Part shown: positions 1 to 9,232 of the stretch, one piece after another
Layout of the letters: each line of letters opens with the position of its first letter
Position numbering within the stretch: the first letter of the stretch is position 1
Source: Puia sp.
GTDB taxonomy: Bacteria > Bacteroidota > Bacteroidia > Chitinophagales > Chitinophagaceae
Length of the DNA: 35,810 nt
Reading direction: 5' to 3'
NCBI GenBank assembly: GCA_035550615.1
Contig: DASZOW010000076.1
Span: forward strand, 1 to 35,810
Made by a program: the position numbers and the translations under genes
The notes under the pieces: generated by a model
What the model saw: the letters and a program-made list of their open reading frames with translations, nothing else
What the model was told of the DNA's origin: nothing
Databases searched by the model: none

Positions 1-1746
1 TTGCGCGGTTTGAAGCAGATCATAAAAAATACCGTAGCGATCCTAAATCCTGCGGAAAGAAAAAAAGCTCTGGTGCTGATGGGCCTGAGCCTGGTGCTGA
101 GCGTATTGGACATCGGGTTCCTGGCCTGTCTGCTTTTTATCGCCCAGTTTTATTCCGGCGCTGTCGTCAAACACCTCTCTTTTCTTCCCAGCCGGTGGCT
201 GGACCGGACTACGTTATGGCCGATAGCCTTTTTCTTTCTGCTGTTTGCCGCCAAGAATTTTGCCAGTTTTTTCGTTTACAGGGCGCAGAGCCGGTTTCGT
301 TATGACGTCGCGTTGCGTATCTCGTATCAAAACCTGCTTCGCTATTTCGAAGGCGGTTATAACGACTATGTCGATGTCGATTCAGCCAGCCATTTTGCAC
401 GGATCAATCTGCAACCGGCGGAGTTCAGCGAGCATATCATGGAGGGATTGCAGGAGATCTTTACCAAGTGGACTTTGATCGTACTGACGGTCGTCGCCAT
501 TCTCCTTTTTAATGCCAAGCTGTTCCTGCTGCTGTTGTTGCTGCTTTTCCCGCCTGTGGTGATCGCCGCCTGGATGACCCGAAAGCAGATCCTTGCCGCC
601 AAGGCCAATATTGCGAATGGGCGGAGAGCGACGATGCAACGGTTGGAAGAATCGGTCGCTGCTTTCGTGGAGGCGAATCTGTATGACAGGCGGCTTTTTT
701 TTGCCAGCAGGTATTACCGGTCGCAGCGGGAGCAGAATAAGCATCTTTCCGCGTTGCGGGCCGTACAGGGTGTGCCGACGCGGCTGGCCGAGGTCTTTGC
801 CGTATTCGGTTTTCTGGCACTGATCGCTATCGGGCTTGTCGCCGGGCATGGGCAGGGGGCCGGTTTCGTTACCCTGGGCGCTTTTCTTGCGGCGGCGTAT
901 AAGATCATTCCCGGTATTGCGAGCATATTGAACCTGAATGGGCAAATGCGGGCTTACGCCTATACGCTGGACGACCTGGTTGCCGGCGCGGACGTGGCGC
1001 GGGTAGGTTTGAAGACGATACCGCGGATGGGCATTTCGCAGAAGGTTCGGTCTATTACGCTGCGGGATATCAGCTTTCGTTATGATCAGCGGTGTGTTCT
1101 CGAGCATTTGGATCTGCATATAGAGACCGGTTGTTTTCTGGGGATCGAGGGAGATTCCGGCCGGGGGAAAACGACCTTGCTGCATTTGCTGTTGGGTTTT
1201 CTGTCGCCGGAGAGGGGGGAGGTGTTGTACAATGGGGTGAATCCTGGCCAGGAGGAGCTGAGAGGCTACTGGCAGGATATCGCTTATGTGAAGCAGCAGC
1301 CGTTGATCCTGCAGGATACGGTGCGCACGAATATTACGTTGGGAGAAGGGGGTGTGGCAGAAGGCCCGGTAGACGAGGAGCGGCTGGCGGCTGTCCTGGC
1401 GATTTCCGGTGTCGATGCCGTTGTCGAGCGGCTGCTGGACGGGTTGGAAGCGCGTATCGCCGAAAATGGCAGGAACATCAGCGGTGGGCAGCGGCAGCGG
1501 ATCGCCATCGCCCGGGCATTATATAAAAATCCGGGGGTGTATATCCTGGACGAACCTTTTAGCGAATTGGACGAATCGTCGGAGGAGCGGCTGCTTGGAC
1601 ATTTTCAGGAATTGAGCCGGAAAGGAAAGATCGTGATATTGATCACGCACAATAAAAAGAGCCTGGGCTGGTGCAATCAGCGCATTTCGTTACACGACGA
1701 AAGGGGAGCAAAGCCTAGCGCCAGAAGTCGTACCTTTTTTGTATGA
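1..1746 (+). CDS. ABC exporter, fused permease + ATPase (PglK/Wzk/HepA-like); start uncertain (TTG at 1 or 10, at the window edge)
   Basis: N-terminal hydrophobic helices; Walker A GDSGRGKT, Q-loop YVKQQP, signature ISGGQ, Walker B YILDE, H-loop ITHN; no C39 peptidase domain. Confidence 0.9.
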   Translation: MRGLKQIIKNTVAILNPAERKKALVLMGLSLVLSVLDIGFLACLLFIAQFYSGAVVKHLSFLPSRWLDRTTLWPIAFFFLLFAAKNFASFFVYRAQSRFRYDVALRISYQNLLRYFEGGYNDYVDVDSASHFARINLQPAEFSEHIMEGLQEIFTKWTLIVLTVVAILLFNAKLFLLLLLLLFPPVVIAAWMTRKQILAAKANIANGRRATMQRLEESVAAFVEANLYDRRLFFASRYYRSQREQNKHLSALRAVQGVPTRLAEVFAVFGFLALIAIGLVAGHGQGAGFVTLGAFLAAAYKIIPGIASILNLNGQMRAYAYTLDDLVAGADVARVGLKTIPRMGISQKVRSITLRDISFRYDQRCVLEHLDLHIETGCFLGIEGDSGRGKTTLLHLLLGFLSPERGEVLYNGVNPGQEELRGYWQDIAYVKQQPLILQDTVRTNITLGEGGVAEGPVDEERLAAVLAISGVDAVVERLLDGLEARIAENGRNISGGQRQRIAIARALYKNPGVYILDEPFSELDESSEERLLGHFQELSRKGKIVILITHNKKSLGWCNQRISLHDERGAKPSARSRTFFV

Positions 1747-2749
1747 TGTTGAGCAGTTGGTTGGTCACGGAGACGTAAGGATTGATGATGAGCCGTTCCC
1801 GCAGTATCCGGTCGGGGTGATGAATGCCGAGGGGAAGGAGCTGACTGAAGTTTGCCCTTTTGGCCGCTTCGAGGAGGGCGGGCGTATACGTTCCGTAGGG
1901 AAAGGCCAGCGCTTTTATGGCTTTGCCGGTGATGTTTTCCAGGAACCGCCGGCATGAAAGCATTTCCTTTTCGGCGTCGGCAAGAGGAATCTTTGACAGA
2001 TCATTATGGTAATATCCATGTGCGCCGATGGTGACATAAGCCGAGCGTGAAAGCGTCCTGATCTGACCGGTTGTCATCTGAAGCCAGAAGTCCTCGTTAT
2101 TCCGACGGGGCAGGAGATGCCCGAACTCGTCGATCAGCGCAGCTTTCGGACCGAATCCAAGCGGCATCAGGGTTTCTCTTAGCCCGAGGCGGCCGGCGGT
2201 GGAAACATATCGGGGGAAGATGCCTCCGGCACTGCTAATATACCGGGGGAGGATGCTCTGCTGTTTTCGAAACAGCTTGTTTTGAAAAACCAGCTCCTTT
2301 GGACCGTAGCGGTTGAGCAGACCCAGAAAGTCGTTCCAGAGGAGATCATAGCCGGCATCGCGGATGGCGGTGATAAAGAAGCTTGCCGGAAGCCGGTATT
2401 CTTCCAGCAATGGCAGGACGTATTTGAGCTGGTTAGCATAGCCGTCGTCGAAATGGATGCAGATATTGAGCCGCCGGCTGTCGAAACGCTGCCGGTAGTA
2501 ATCATCCATCGAGACGACGTTGAAATATTTTTTAAAGATGCGGAAATGTTGTTCGAGCGTTTTGCGGAGCAGGAAGATATTGTTGAAACGCAAGTGGTCG
2601 TGTTCGCAGATACCGTGATAGACGATGATCCTGGCGCCCCTGGCGGCTTTGAACGTATCGGCAGTCAGCCCCAGCAGGGAACGGGCGTCCTGCCAGGCAT
2701 AGCTGGTTTTGCGGCGCCAGATGGAGAAGCTGCGGAGCGCGGTTTTCAT
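1715..2749 (-). CDS. Polysaccharide deacetylase (NodB/CE4 family)
   Basis: Motifs IIVYHG, HFDDGY, GAHGYYH, AFPYG; ATG at 2749 chosen because the longer ORF start overlaps the GT2 start. Confidence 0.88.
   Translation of the reverse strand: MKTALRSFSIWRRKTSYAWQDARSLLGLTADTFKAARGARIIVYHGICEHDHLRFNNIFLLRKTLEQHFRIFKKYFNVVSMDDYYRQRFDSRRLNICIHFDDGYANQLKYVLPLLEEYRLPASFFITAIRDAGYDLLWNDFLGLLNRYGPKELVFQNKLFRKQQSILPRYISSAGGIFPRYVSTAGRLGLRETLMPLGFGPKAALIDEFGHLLPRRNNEDFWLQMTTGQIRTLSRSAYVTIGAHGYYHNDLSKIPLADAEKEMLSCRRFLENITGKAIKALAFPYGTYTPALLEAAKRANFSQLLPLGIHHPDRILRERLIINPYVSVTNQLLNIIQKRYDFWR
2193..2258. repeat. Diverged 33-bp in-frame tandem duplication inside the deacetylase
   Basis: 2193-2225 vs 2226-2258, 24/33 identical; protein SILPRYISSAG / GIFPRYVSTAG. 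Confidence 0.8.
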
Positions 2750-2780
2750 ACATTCGTGACATTTAAATGCACTAATATAC

Positions 2781-3671
2781 ATGGTTAGCGTTATTCTACC
2801 TACATACAACCGGGCTGTCTATCTGCGGGATTCGATCCGTAGCGTGCTGCAGCAGGAGGGTGTCGGGCTGGAGCTGATCATTGTCGACGATGGTTCCACC
2901 GATGATACCGAAACGCTTGTCTCATCTTTCCGGGACGACAGGATAAGATATTATAAGCTGCCGCATACCGGCAGGCTCAGCGCGATGAAGAATTTTGCGA
3001 TCGAGCGGTCGCGTGGAGGGTTGCTGGCCTTTATGGATTCCGACGATCTATGGACGCCGGGTAAGCTGGCGCGGCAATGGCGGCTGTTACAGGATCATCC
3101 CGATGTGGGTTTTTCATTGACCGATATCACCGTTTTCCGGGATAATGCGACTATTAAAGAGTACACCTATCGCATGCGGGGAGCAGTGGAGTGTGTGGAC
3201 ATCTTTCCGTGGATCACCGGTTCCGGTTTTGTAGTATATAATCCCACTCTTCTCCTGCACCGCGGTTGCCTGGAGCATACCGGGTATTTTGATGAGACGC
3301 AGCGTTCCGGCTGTTTGAAGTTCAATATGCGTCTGGCCTACCATTATAAGTGCGGTGTTTTTTTTGAACCCATGCTGTTACGGCGCCTGCATGGATCCAA
3401 TGTCAGTGAGGAAAAGCGGTTCGCCAACTACGATGAATATCTGAATGCCTATGAGCGCTTCTATGCCGAAGGGAAGATCGGAAAGGGCCGTCTTCTCAAG
3501 GCGCGGGGGAATGCCTTTTTCAAATTGGGTGAACTGCATGCCGCGGAGCAGCGGGCCGGCGAGGCCAGGAAAAACTATCTGCTGGCCTTGAAGAATGATC
3601 CTTTTAAGGCGCGGTACTACCGGAGATTAATAAAGTCGTTTTTGAAGGGTGGCAGGCGCAACCTTACCTGA
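2781..3671 (+). CDS. Glycosyltransferase family 2 with short helical (TPR-like) C-terminus
   Basis: VSVILPTYNR, IIVDDGSTD, DxD motif FMDSDD. Confidence 0.93.
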   Translation: MVSVILPTYNRAVYLRDSIRSVLQQEGVGLELIIVDDGSTDDTETLVSSFRDDRIRYYKLPHTGRLSAMKNFAIERSRGGLLAFMDSDDLWTPGKLARQWRLLQDHPDVGFSLTDITVFRDNATIKEYTYRMRGAVECVDIFPWITGSGFVVYNPTLLLHRGCLEHTGYFDETQRSGCLKFNMRLAYHYKCGVFFEPMLLRRLHGSNVSEEKRFANYDEYLNAYERFYAEGKIGKGRLLKARGNAFFKLGELHAAEQRAGEARKNYLLALKNDPFKARYYRRLIKSFLKGGRRNLT

Positions 3672-3683
3672 AGATCTCACGTT

Positions 3684-4379
3684 TTGATCGTAGCATTGGA
3701 ACGGACCATCAAATATGTAGCCGAACGTTTTTACAAGCCCTGGCTGGTGCGTTATCTTGCAGTAACGCGGAAGTATGTCTACAGGGGCATCCGGCTGGAG
3801 ATACCGCCCGGGGTCTTTCATCCGGGGTTTTTCTTCAGCAGCAAATTCCTGCTGCGCTGGCTGGCGCGGCAGCCGCTGGAAGGGCGGTCGTTTCTGGAAC
3901 TGGGGGCGGGAAGCGGGTTGATCTCGCTGTTTGCCGCAGGCAGGGGAGCGGTGGTTACGGCTACGGATATCAGTCCTGTGGCTATACAGTGTCTGCAAAA
4001 GAACCGGGAGCTCAACTCTGCCGCGATGGACATTATCCACTCCGATCTTTATACCAGCATTCCGCAGCAGTCTTACGATGTCATCGCGGTGAATCCTCCG
4101 TTTTACCGGAAGCATCCCGGCAGCGATGCCGAAAAGGCCTGGTATTGTGGCGCCGACGGCGAATATTTCGATGTTTTTTTTGGCGGTTTGGCCGGATATA
4201 GCCATTCCAGGACCGATGTCTGGATGGTGCTTTGTGCCGGCTGTGATCTGGACATGATCAGCGGGCTGGCTGCGCGTCATGGATGGGCACTGGAGTGTGT
4301 ACGGACGCGCCGGAACATTATCGAGCGAGACTATATTTTCCGGATCGTTCGACAGGCGGGTGGCATCCTTTGGAACTAA
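3684..4379 (+). CDS. Class I SAM methyltransferase, HemK/PrmC-like (NPPF amine-methylating type)
   Basis: Motif I ELGAGSG, TDISP, motif IV VNPPF; GVFHP N-terminal segment; TTG start. Confidence 0.85.
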   Translation: MIVALERTIKYVAERFYKPWLVRYLAVTRKYVYRGIRLEIPPGVFHPGFFFSSKFLLRWLARQPLEGRSFLELGAGSGLISLFAAGRGAVVTATDISPVAIQCLQKNRELNSAAMDIIHSDLYTSIPQQSYDVIAVNPPFYRKHPGSDAEKAWYCGADGEYFDVFFGGLAGYSHSRTDVWMVLCAGCDLDMISGLAARHGWALECVRTRRNIIERDYIFRIVRQAGGILWN

Positions 4380-4429
4380 ACCTGCGTTTATATTACCGAT
4401 AGGAAAAAATAACGGAAAGTATAGAAAAA

Positions 4430-5932
4430 ATGATACATAAAGTCTTGTTATTCAATCCTCGCAGCGCGAATGGCAAGTACAGGATACCGAACTCCGTGCT
4501 ACAGGTAGCGGCGTCTGTGGATGGCAAGTATGAATGGGTGATCGTAGACGGCAACCGTGAACGGGATGCTTATGAGAGGATCGCGGCTTATCTGCGGACC
4601 GGAGCCTTTCGCTATGTCGGGTTTACGGTGATGCCCGGCCCGCAGCTCAAGGAGGCCATTCCTTTTGCGAGGCGGATCCGTGCGGATTTTCCCGGTACGG
4701 TTATGATCTGGGGTGGGTATTTCGCCACCAATCAACATAAGGTAGTCCTGCGTTCGGGTTGTGTCGATTTTGTGGTCAACGGACCGGGCGATCATGCTTT
4801 TCCCGCCTTGCTCGATGCGCTTGAAACCGGGGCGGACTATAGCCAGATAAAGAACCTGATCTATATCCGGGAGGGTAAGATCGTGAAAACGCCCAAGCAG
4901 GACCTCATCGATCAGAGTACGCTTCCGGTGCTGCCTTATGATAAGCTGGACAGGCTTTATCCGATGGGGACCTACCTGGGAAGGACGTATCTCGGGAAGA
5001 AGACGCTGGCGTATCACTCGAGCGTGGGTTGTCCGTTTACCTGCTCGTTCTGTGCGGTCGTGCCCATTTATGAAGCGAGGTGGAAGGCAAAACCGGCGGA
5101 ACAGGTGTATCGCGACGTAAAATATATCAAGGACCGGTGGGGGGCCGATGCCATCGAATTTCACGATAACAATTTCTTTGTTTCGGAGAAGAGAACGGCG
5201 GATTTTTCGCGGCTGATCATGGACGAGAAGATGATCTGGTGGGGTGAAGGCCGGATCGACACGATCCACAAATACAAGGACGAGACGTTGGCGCTGATGC
5301 GGGAATCGGGTTGCAAGATGATCTTTTTTGGCGCCGAGACCGGGAATGACGAGATCCTGAAAAAGATGGATAAGGGCGGCACGCAGAGCAGCGCACAGAT
5401 CAGAGAATTTGCTGCGAGGCTGAGAAAATTCGATATCATTCCCGAGTACAGCTTTGTGCTGGGTACGCCGGCCGACACGCCGGAAAAGGTGATGAAGTAT
5501 ATCGAACAGGATATCTCTTTTATCAAGGAGATCAAGGAGATCAATCCCGATACGGAGATCATCATCTATACCTATAGCCCGGTTCCCACGGAAGGTTCGG
5601 AGCTGTTCAAGAAGACCCTGGATTCCGGGTTCCGTTTTCCCGAGGATCTGGAAGACTGGATCAGTCCTCAGTGGGAGAATTTCGATCTGCGTAAGAATCC
5701 GCTGACGCCCTGGCTGACATCCGAGATGATCGACAAGATCCGCAATTTCGAAACCGTGCTGAATGGCTATTATCCTACCGTTTCCGATATCCGGCTCAAT
5801 ACCGTAAAAAGGGGGATCATTCATGGGCTGGCCGCTTTGCGATATAGGACCGGTTTGTATAAATACCCCTACGAAATAAAATTCCTGCATAGGCTCTGGC
5901 GCTATCGACAGCCGGAGATACAGGGCTTCTAA
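4430..5932 (+). CDS. Cobalamin-binding (class B-like) radical SAM enzyme 1
   Basis: N-terminal Rossmann-like B12 domain (YVGFTVMPG...MIWGGYFAT); CPFTCSFC; FHDNNF; FFGAETG. Confidence 0.9.
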   Translation: MIHKVLLFNPRSANGKYRIPNSVLQVAASVDGKYEWVIVDGNRERDAYERIAAYLRTGAFRYVGFTVMPGPQLKEAIPFARRIRADFPGTVMIWGGYFATNQHKVVLRSGCVDFVVNGPGDHAFPALLDALETGADYSQIKNLIYIREGKIVKTPKQDLIDQSTLPVLPYDKLDRLYPMGTYLGRTYLGKKTLAYHSSVGCPFTCSFCAVVPIYEARWKAKPAEQVYRDVKYIKDRWGADAIEFHDNNFFVSEKRTADFSRLIMDEKMIWWGEGRIDTIHKYKDETLALMRESGCKMIFFGAETGNDEILKKMDKGGTQSSAQIREFAARLRKFDIIPEYSFVLGTPADTPEKVMKYIEQDISFIKEIKEINPDTEIIIYTYSPVPTEGSELFKKTLDSGFRFPEDLEDWISPQWENFDLRKNPLTPWLTSEMIDKIRNFETVLNGYYPTVSDIRLNTVKRGIIHGLAALRYRTGLYKYPYEIKFLHRLWRYRQPEIQGF

Positions 5933-5949
5933 GCTTAAACCATTAAAAA

Positions 5950-6723
5950 ATGTACCTTCCGGATTCCTCCATATTGACTAATATCCAGGTGCAGGGCCAT
6001 ACGCGGCTCAGGGAGATCCTCTTTGAAAAAAAATATATTCAGATACGGGCCCTGGAGAGCAGGCTCTATACAGATGAAGAGCTGACGCAATTACCCGATA
6101 TCTATCCGGCCCATCCGCACTATGTCGAATGGCAACAGCGAAAACGCTCCTGCCGGCGGTTGATCCATTATCTTTCCTCGCGTAAGGACAATCCTGAGAT
6201 ACTGGAGGTCGGTTGCGGCAATGGGTGGCTTACCCATCTGCTGGCGGAGATACCGGGAAGCAGAGTTACGGGGGCGGATATCAATTTTACGGAGCTGCAG
6301 CAAGCGGCGCGGGTGTTCAGCAATGATCCCAATCTGCGCTTTATCCATGGCGATATCCGTTTCGGCATCCTGCAAGACCGGCAATTCGATCATATCGTTT
6401 TTGCCGCGTCCATCGAATATTTTCCTTCTCTTAAGAAGATCGTGCATCTATGTCTGGCCTATCTGAAGCCAGGCGGAGAGATCCATATCCTGGATACACC
6501 TTTCTGCCGGTCCGAAGAGATCAAGCTGGAGGAACGCCGCACGCAGGCGTATTATTCTTCTTTTGGCTATCCTGAGATGGCCGACTACTATTATCATCAT
6601 ACGCTGGCTGATCTGCGATCCTTCCACTATGCAGTACTTTATAATCCCAGGGCGGTGAGGAATCATTTTTTTCGGAAGAAGAATCCTTATCCATGGGTGA
6701 GAGTCAGCAATAATCGACAATGA
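5950..6723 (+). CDS. Class I SAM methyltransferase
   Basis: ILEVGCGNGW, GADIN, FDHIVF, LKPGGEIHI. Confidence 0.88.
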   Translation: MYLPDSSILTNIQVQGHTRLREILFEKKYIQIRALESRLYTDEELTQLPDIYPAHPHYVEWQQRKRSCRRLIHYLSSRKDNPEILEVGCGNGWLTHLLAEIPGSRVTGADINFTELQQAARVFSNDPNLRFIHGDIRFGILQDRQFDHIVFAASIEYFPSLKKIVHLCLAYLKPGGEIHILDTPFCRSEEIKLEERRTQAYYSSFGYPEMADYYYHHTLADLRSFHYAVLYNPRAVRNHFFRKKNPYPWVRVSNNRQ

Positions 6724-7772
6724 CCATGCACATTCCACCGCTTATACATACTTACCGGCGTTACCGGACCTTGCAGACCAGCAGGATCGATGCGTTACCC
6801 ATCGCCATTCTGATGCCGCACAGCGCCTGCAACTGCAGATGCGTGATGTGTGATATCTGGAAGGGCAATCATCATTTGCGGCAGCTCACGGAAAGGGATG
6901 TAGAAGGGCTGATGGGCAGTCTTCGACGGCTAGGTACCCGGCAGGTACTGATGTCGGGTGGGGAGGCCTTGCTGAATCTCAATTTCTTCCGGCTTTGCGA
7001 GATCCTCAAGGGGGCGGGTATCCGGATCACACTTTTGTCGACGGGTATTGCGCTGGCAAGGCATGCCGGCAATATTCTGCAATGGGTCGATGACGTCATC
7101 GTTTCGTTGGACGGAGATGAAAGAGGGCATGACCGGATCAGGAATATACCCGGCGCTTTCCGGAAAATGCAGGAAGGAATAGAGGTGTTGCATGCGCAGC
7201 GGGCGGATTTCCGGGTTACGGCGCGGACGGTCGTGCACCGGCTCAATTTCAGGGAGCTACCCGCGATCATCGAAGCCGCATCGGATCTGGGGCTTCAACA
7301 GATCAGCTTTCTTCCCGCCGATGTGACCAGTGAAGCATTCAACCGATCCGATCCCTGGGACGAGCCGCGGCAGCACGAGATCCTGCCCGCCAGGGAAGAA
7401 CTGGCTGAACTAACGGCGGTGTTGCAACAGGTTATCAGGCAGTACCAGCCGCTTTTTAAAAGCCGGTTCATCGCCGAGTCGCCTGAGAAGTTCGGCAGGA
7501 TAGGAGAATACTATACGGCGGCTTATGGACTTAATCCATATCCATATAAGAAATGCAATGCGCCCTGGGTATCGACGGTAGTAGAGGCGGATGGCGCCGT
7601 CCGGCCCTGTTTTTTTCTGCCACCCTTGGGTAATATCCGTCAACAACCGCTGGACGTGATACTCAATAGCCCGGAAGCCATTGCTTTCCGGCAATCACTG
7701 GACATGGATGCGAATGCAACGTGTGTGCGTTGTGTCTGTTATCTCAATCTTCCACCGAGGGCTACGATATGA
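6720..7772 (+). CDS. Radical SAM enzyme with Twitch/SPASM C-terminal domain
   Basis: CNCRCVMC, SGGEAL, VSLDG; C-terminal CNAPW...GAVRPC...LGNI...CVRCVC; ATGA overlap with upstream gene. Confidence 0.92.
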   Translation: MTMHIPPLIHTYRRYRTLQTSRIDALPIAILMPHSACNCRCVMCDIWKGNHHLRQLTERDVEGLMGSLRRLGTRQVLMSGGEALLNLNFFRLCEILKGAGIRITLLSTGIALARHAGNILQWVDDVIVSLDGDERGHDRIRNIPGAFRKMQEGIEVLHAQRADFRVTARTVVHRLNFRELPAIIEAASDLGLQQISFLPADVTSEAFNRSDPWDEPRQHEILPAREELAELTAVLQQVIRQYQPLFKSRFIAESPEKFGRIGEYYTAAYGLNPYPYKKCNAPWVSTVVEADGAVRPCFFLPPLGNIRQQPLDVILNSPEAIAFRQSLDMDANATCVRCVCYLNLPPRATI

Positions 7773-9232
7773 ACAAGGTACTTTTTTCCCATTCCTACTT
7801 CATGCGTTTCGATCCCAAACAGTGGTCGACCGGGCGGCCCTATCCGCCGCTTGCGACGATCGGCGCTGCCGCGCTTTTAAGAGAACATGGGTTCGACGTT
7901 TCGCTTTTCGATACCATGTTCGTGGCAAGTCCTGACGATCTGATGCCGAGGCTCCTGATGGAACGGCCGGATGTTTTTGTCGTCTATGACGATGGGTTTA
8001 ATTATCTGACCAAGATGTGTCTGACCAATATGCGGGATGCGGCATACCGGATGATCCAGCTGGCGAGGCAAATGGGGTGTGTCGTCGTCGTATCGAGCTC
8101 GGACTCTACCGATCATTACCAGGAATACCTGGAGCGGGGTGCGGATTATGTGTTGCTTGGCGAGGGGGAGCAGACGCTGTTGGAATTGGTATGCGGTATC
8201 CGGGAAGGGCGGCGGGATGGCTCGCAGATTGCGGGGCTGGCTTTTTTGAAGGACCGGCTTCCCGTCCGTACGGCTGCCCGCAAGGTAATGAAGAATCTCG
8301 ATAGTCTGCCGATGCCTGCCTGGGACCTGGTGGATATAGAAGGCTATCGGCGGGTTTGGGTGCAGCATCACGGTTATTTTTCGCTTAATATCAGCACTAC
8401 GCGGGGCTGTCCTTACAAATGCAACTGGTGCGCAAAGCCCATTTATGGGAATCGGTATAATGCCCGCAGCCCGCAGCATGTCGTGCAGGAATTATGCTTT
8501 TTGAAGGCAGAGTATGGGTTCGACCATATCTGGATGTGTGATGACATCTTTGGGCTTAAGCCCGGCTGGGTCGACGATTTCGCCGACCTGGTAGAAGAAG
8601 AGGGGTTGCGTTTCAAATTCAAGATCCAGAGCCGAGCCGATCTTCTTGTCCAGTCCAATTATGTCCGTGCGCTGGCGCGTGCCGGTTGTGAGAACAGCTG
8701 GATGGGGGCGGAAAGCGGTTCACAGAAGATACTGGACGGTATGGACAAGGGGACGACCATCGGGCAGATCATAGAAGCGACGAGACTTCTGCGCGAGCAT
8801 GGCATCCGGCCTGCTTTTTTTATCCAGTTCGGTTATCCCGGCGAGACGAGAGAGGACATCGATCTCACCATCCGGATGATCAACCAGCTGTTGCCGGATG
8901 AGATCGGCATCTCCGTGTCTTACCCGCTACCCGGAACGGTTTTCTATGAGCGGGTGAAAGCCGATCTCAAGGAGAAGACCAACTGGACCGATTCGGATGA
9001 GTTACAGCTGATGTTCCGGAATACGTATCCGCCCGCTTTTTATAAACAGCTGCACCGGTATGTGCATCGTACGTATCGCTGGCATTTTGCGCTGCGGCAG
9101 CTCAGACAGCTGATCATGCGGCCGGCTTTGCCGGCTGGGAAAGGAGTGAGGTTGGGCGGCGCCGTCGTTTTGAATTTCGGTGCGGCCATTGTTGCCAGAT
9201 GGAGACTAAAAAAACTCGAACGTTCTATATGA
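7769..9232 (+). CDS. Cobalamin-binding (class B-like) radical SAM enzyme 2
   Basis: YPPLATI, GEGE, TRGCPYKCNWC, DDIF, GAESGS, GYPGET; ATG at 7769 overlaps the upstream TGA. Confidence 0.9.
   Translation: MNKVLFSHSYFMRFDPKQWSTGRPYPPLATIGAAALLREHGFDVSLFDTMFVASPDDLMPRLLMERPDVFVVYDDGFNYLTKMCLTNMRDAAYRMIQLARQMGCVVVVSSSDSTDHYQEYLERGADYVLLGEGEQTLLELVCGIREGRRDGSQIAGLAFLKDRLPVRTAARKVMKNLDSLPMPAWDLVDIEGYRRVWVQHHGYFSLNISTTRGCPYKCNWCAKPIYGNRYNARSPQHVVQELCFLKAEYGFDHIWMCDDIFGLKPGWVDDFADLVEEEGLRFKFKIQSRADLLVQSNYVRALARAGCENSWMGAESGSQKILDGMDKGTTIGQIIEATRLLREHGIRPAFFIQFGYPGETREDIDLTIRMINQLLPDEIGISVSYPLPGTVFYERVKADLKEKTNWTDSDELQLMFRNTYPPAFYKQLHRYVHRTYRWHFALRQLRQLIMRPALPAGKGVRLGGAVVLNFGAAIVARWRLKKLERSI

Noticed and set aside
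4380-4429. Cobalamin riboswitch before the B12 radical SAM gene
   Set aside because: The gap is only 50 nt, A-rich, with no B12-box
4499-5890. 463-aa antisense ORF
   Set aside because: Shadow of the B12 radical SAM gene; no motifs, and expected from codon bias in GC-rich DNA
4430-9232. Calling the B12 enzymes bchE or hpnP
   Set aside because: No photosynthesis or hopanoid genes in the window; family-level motifs do not justify a gene symbol
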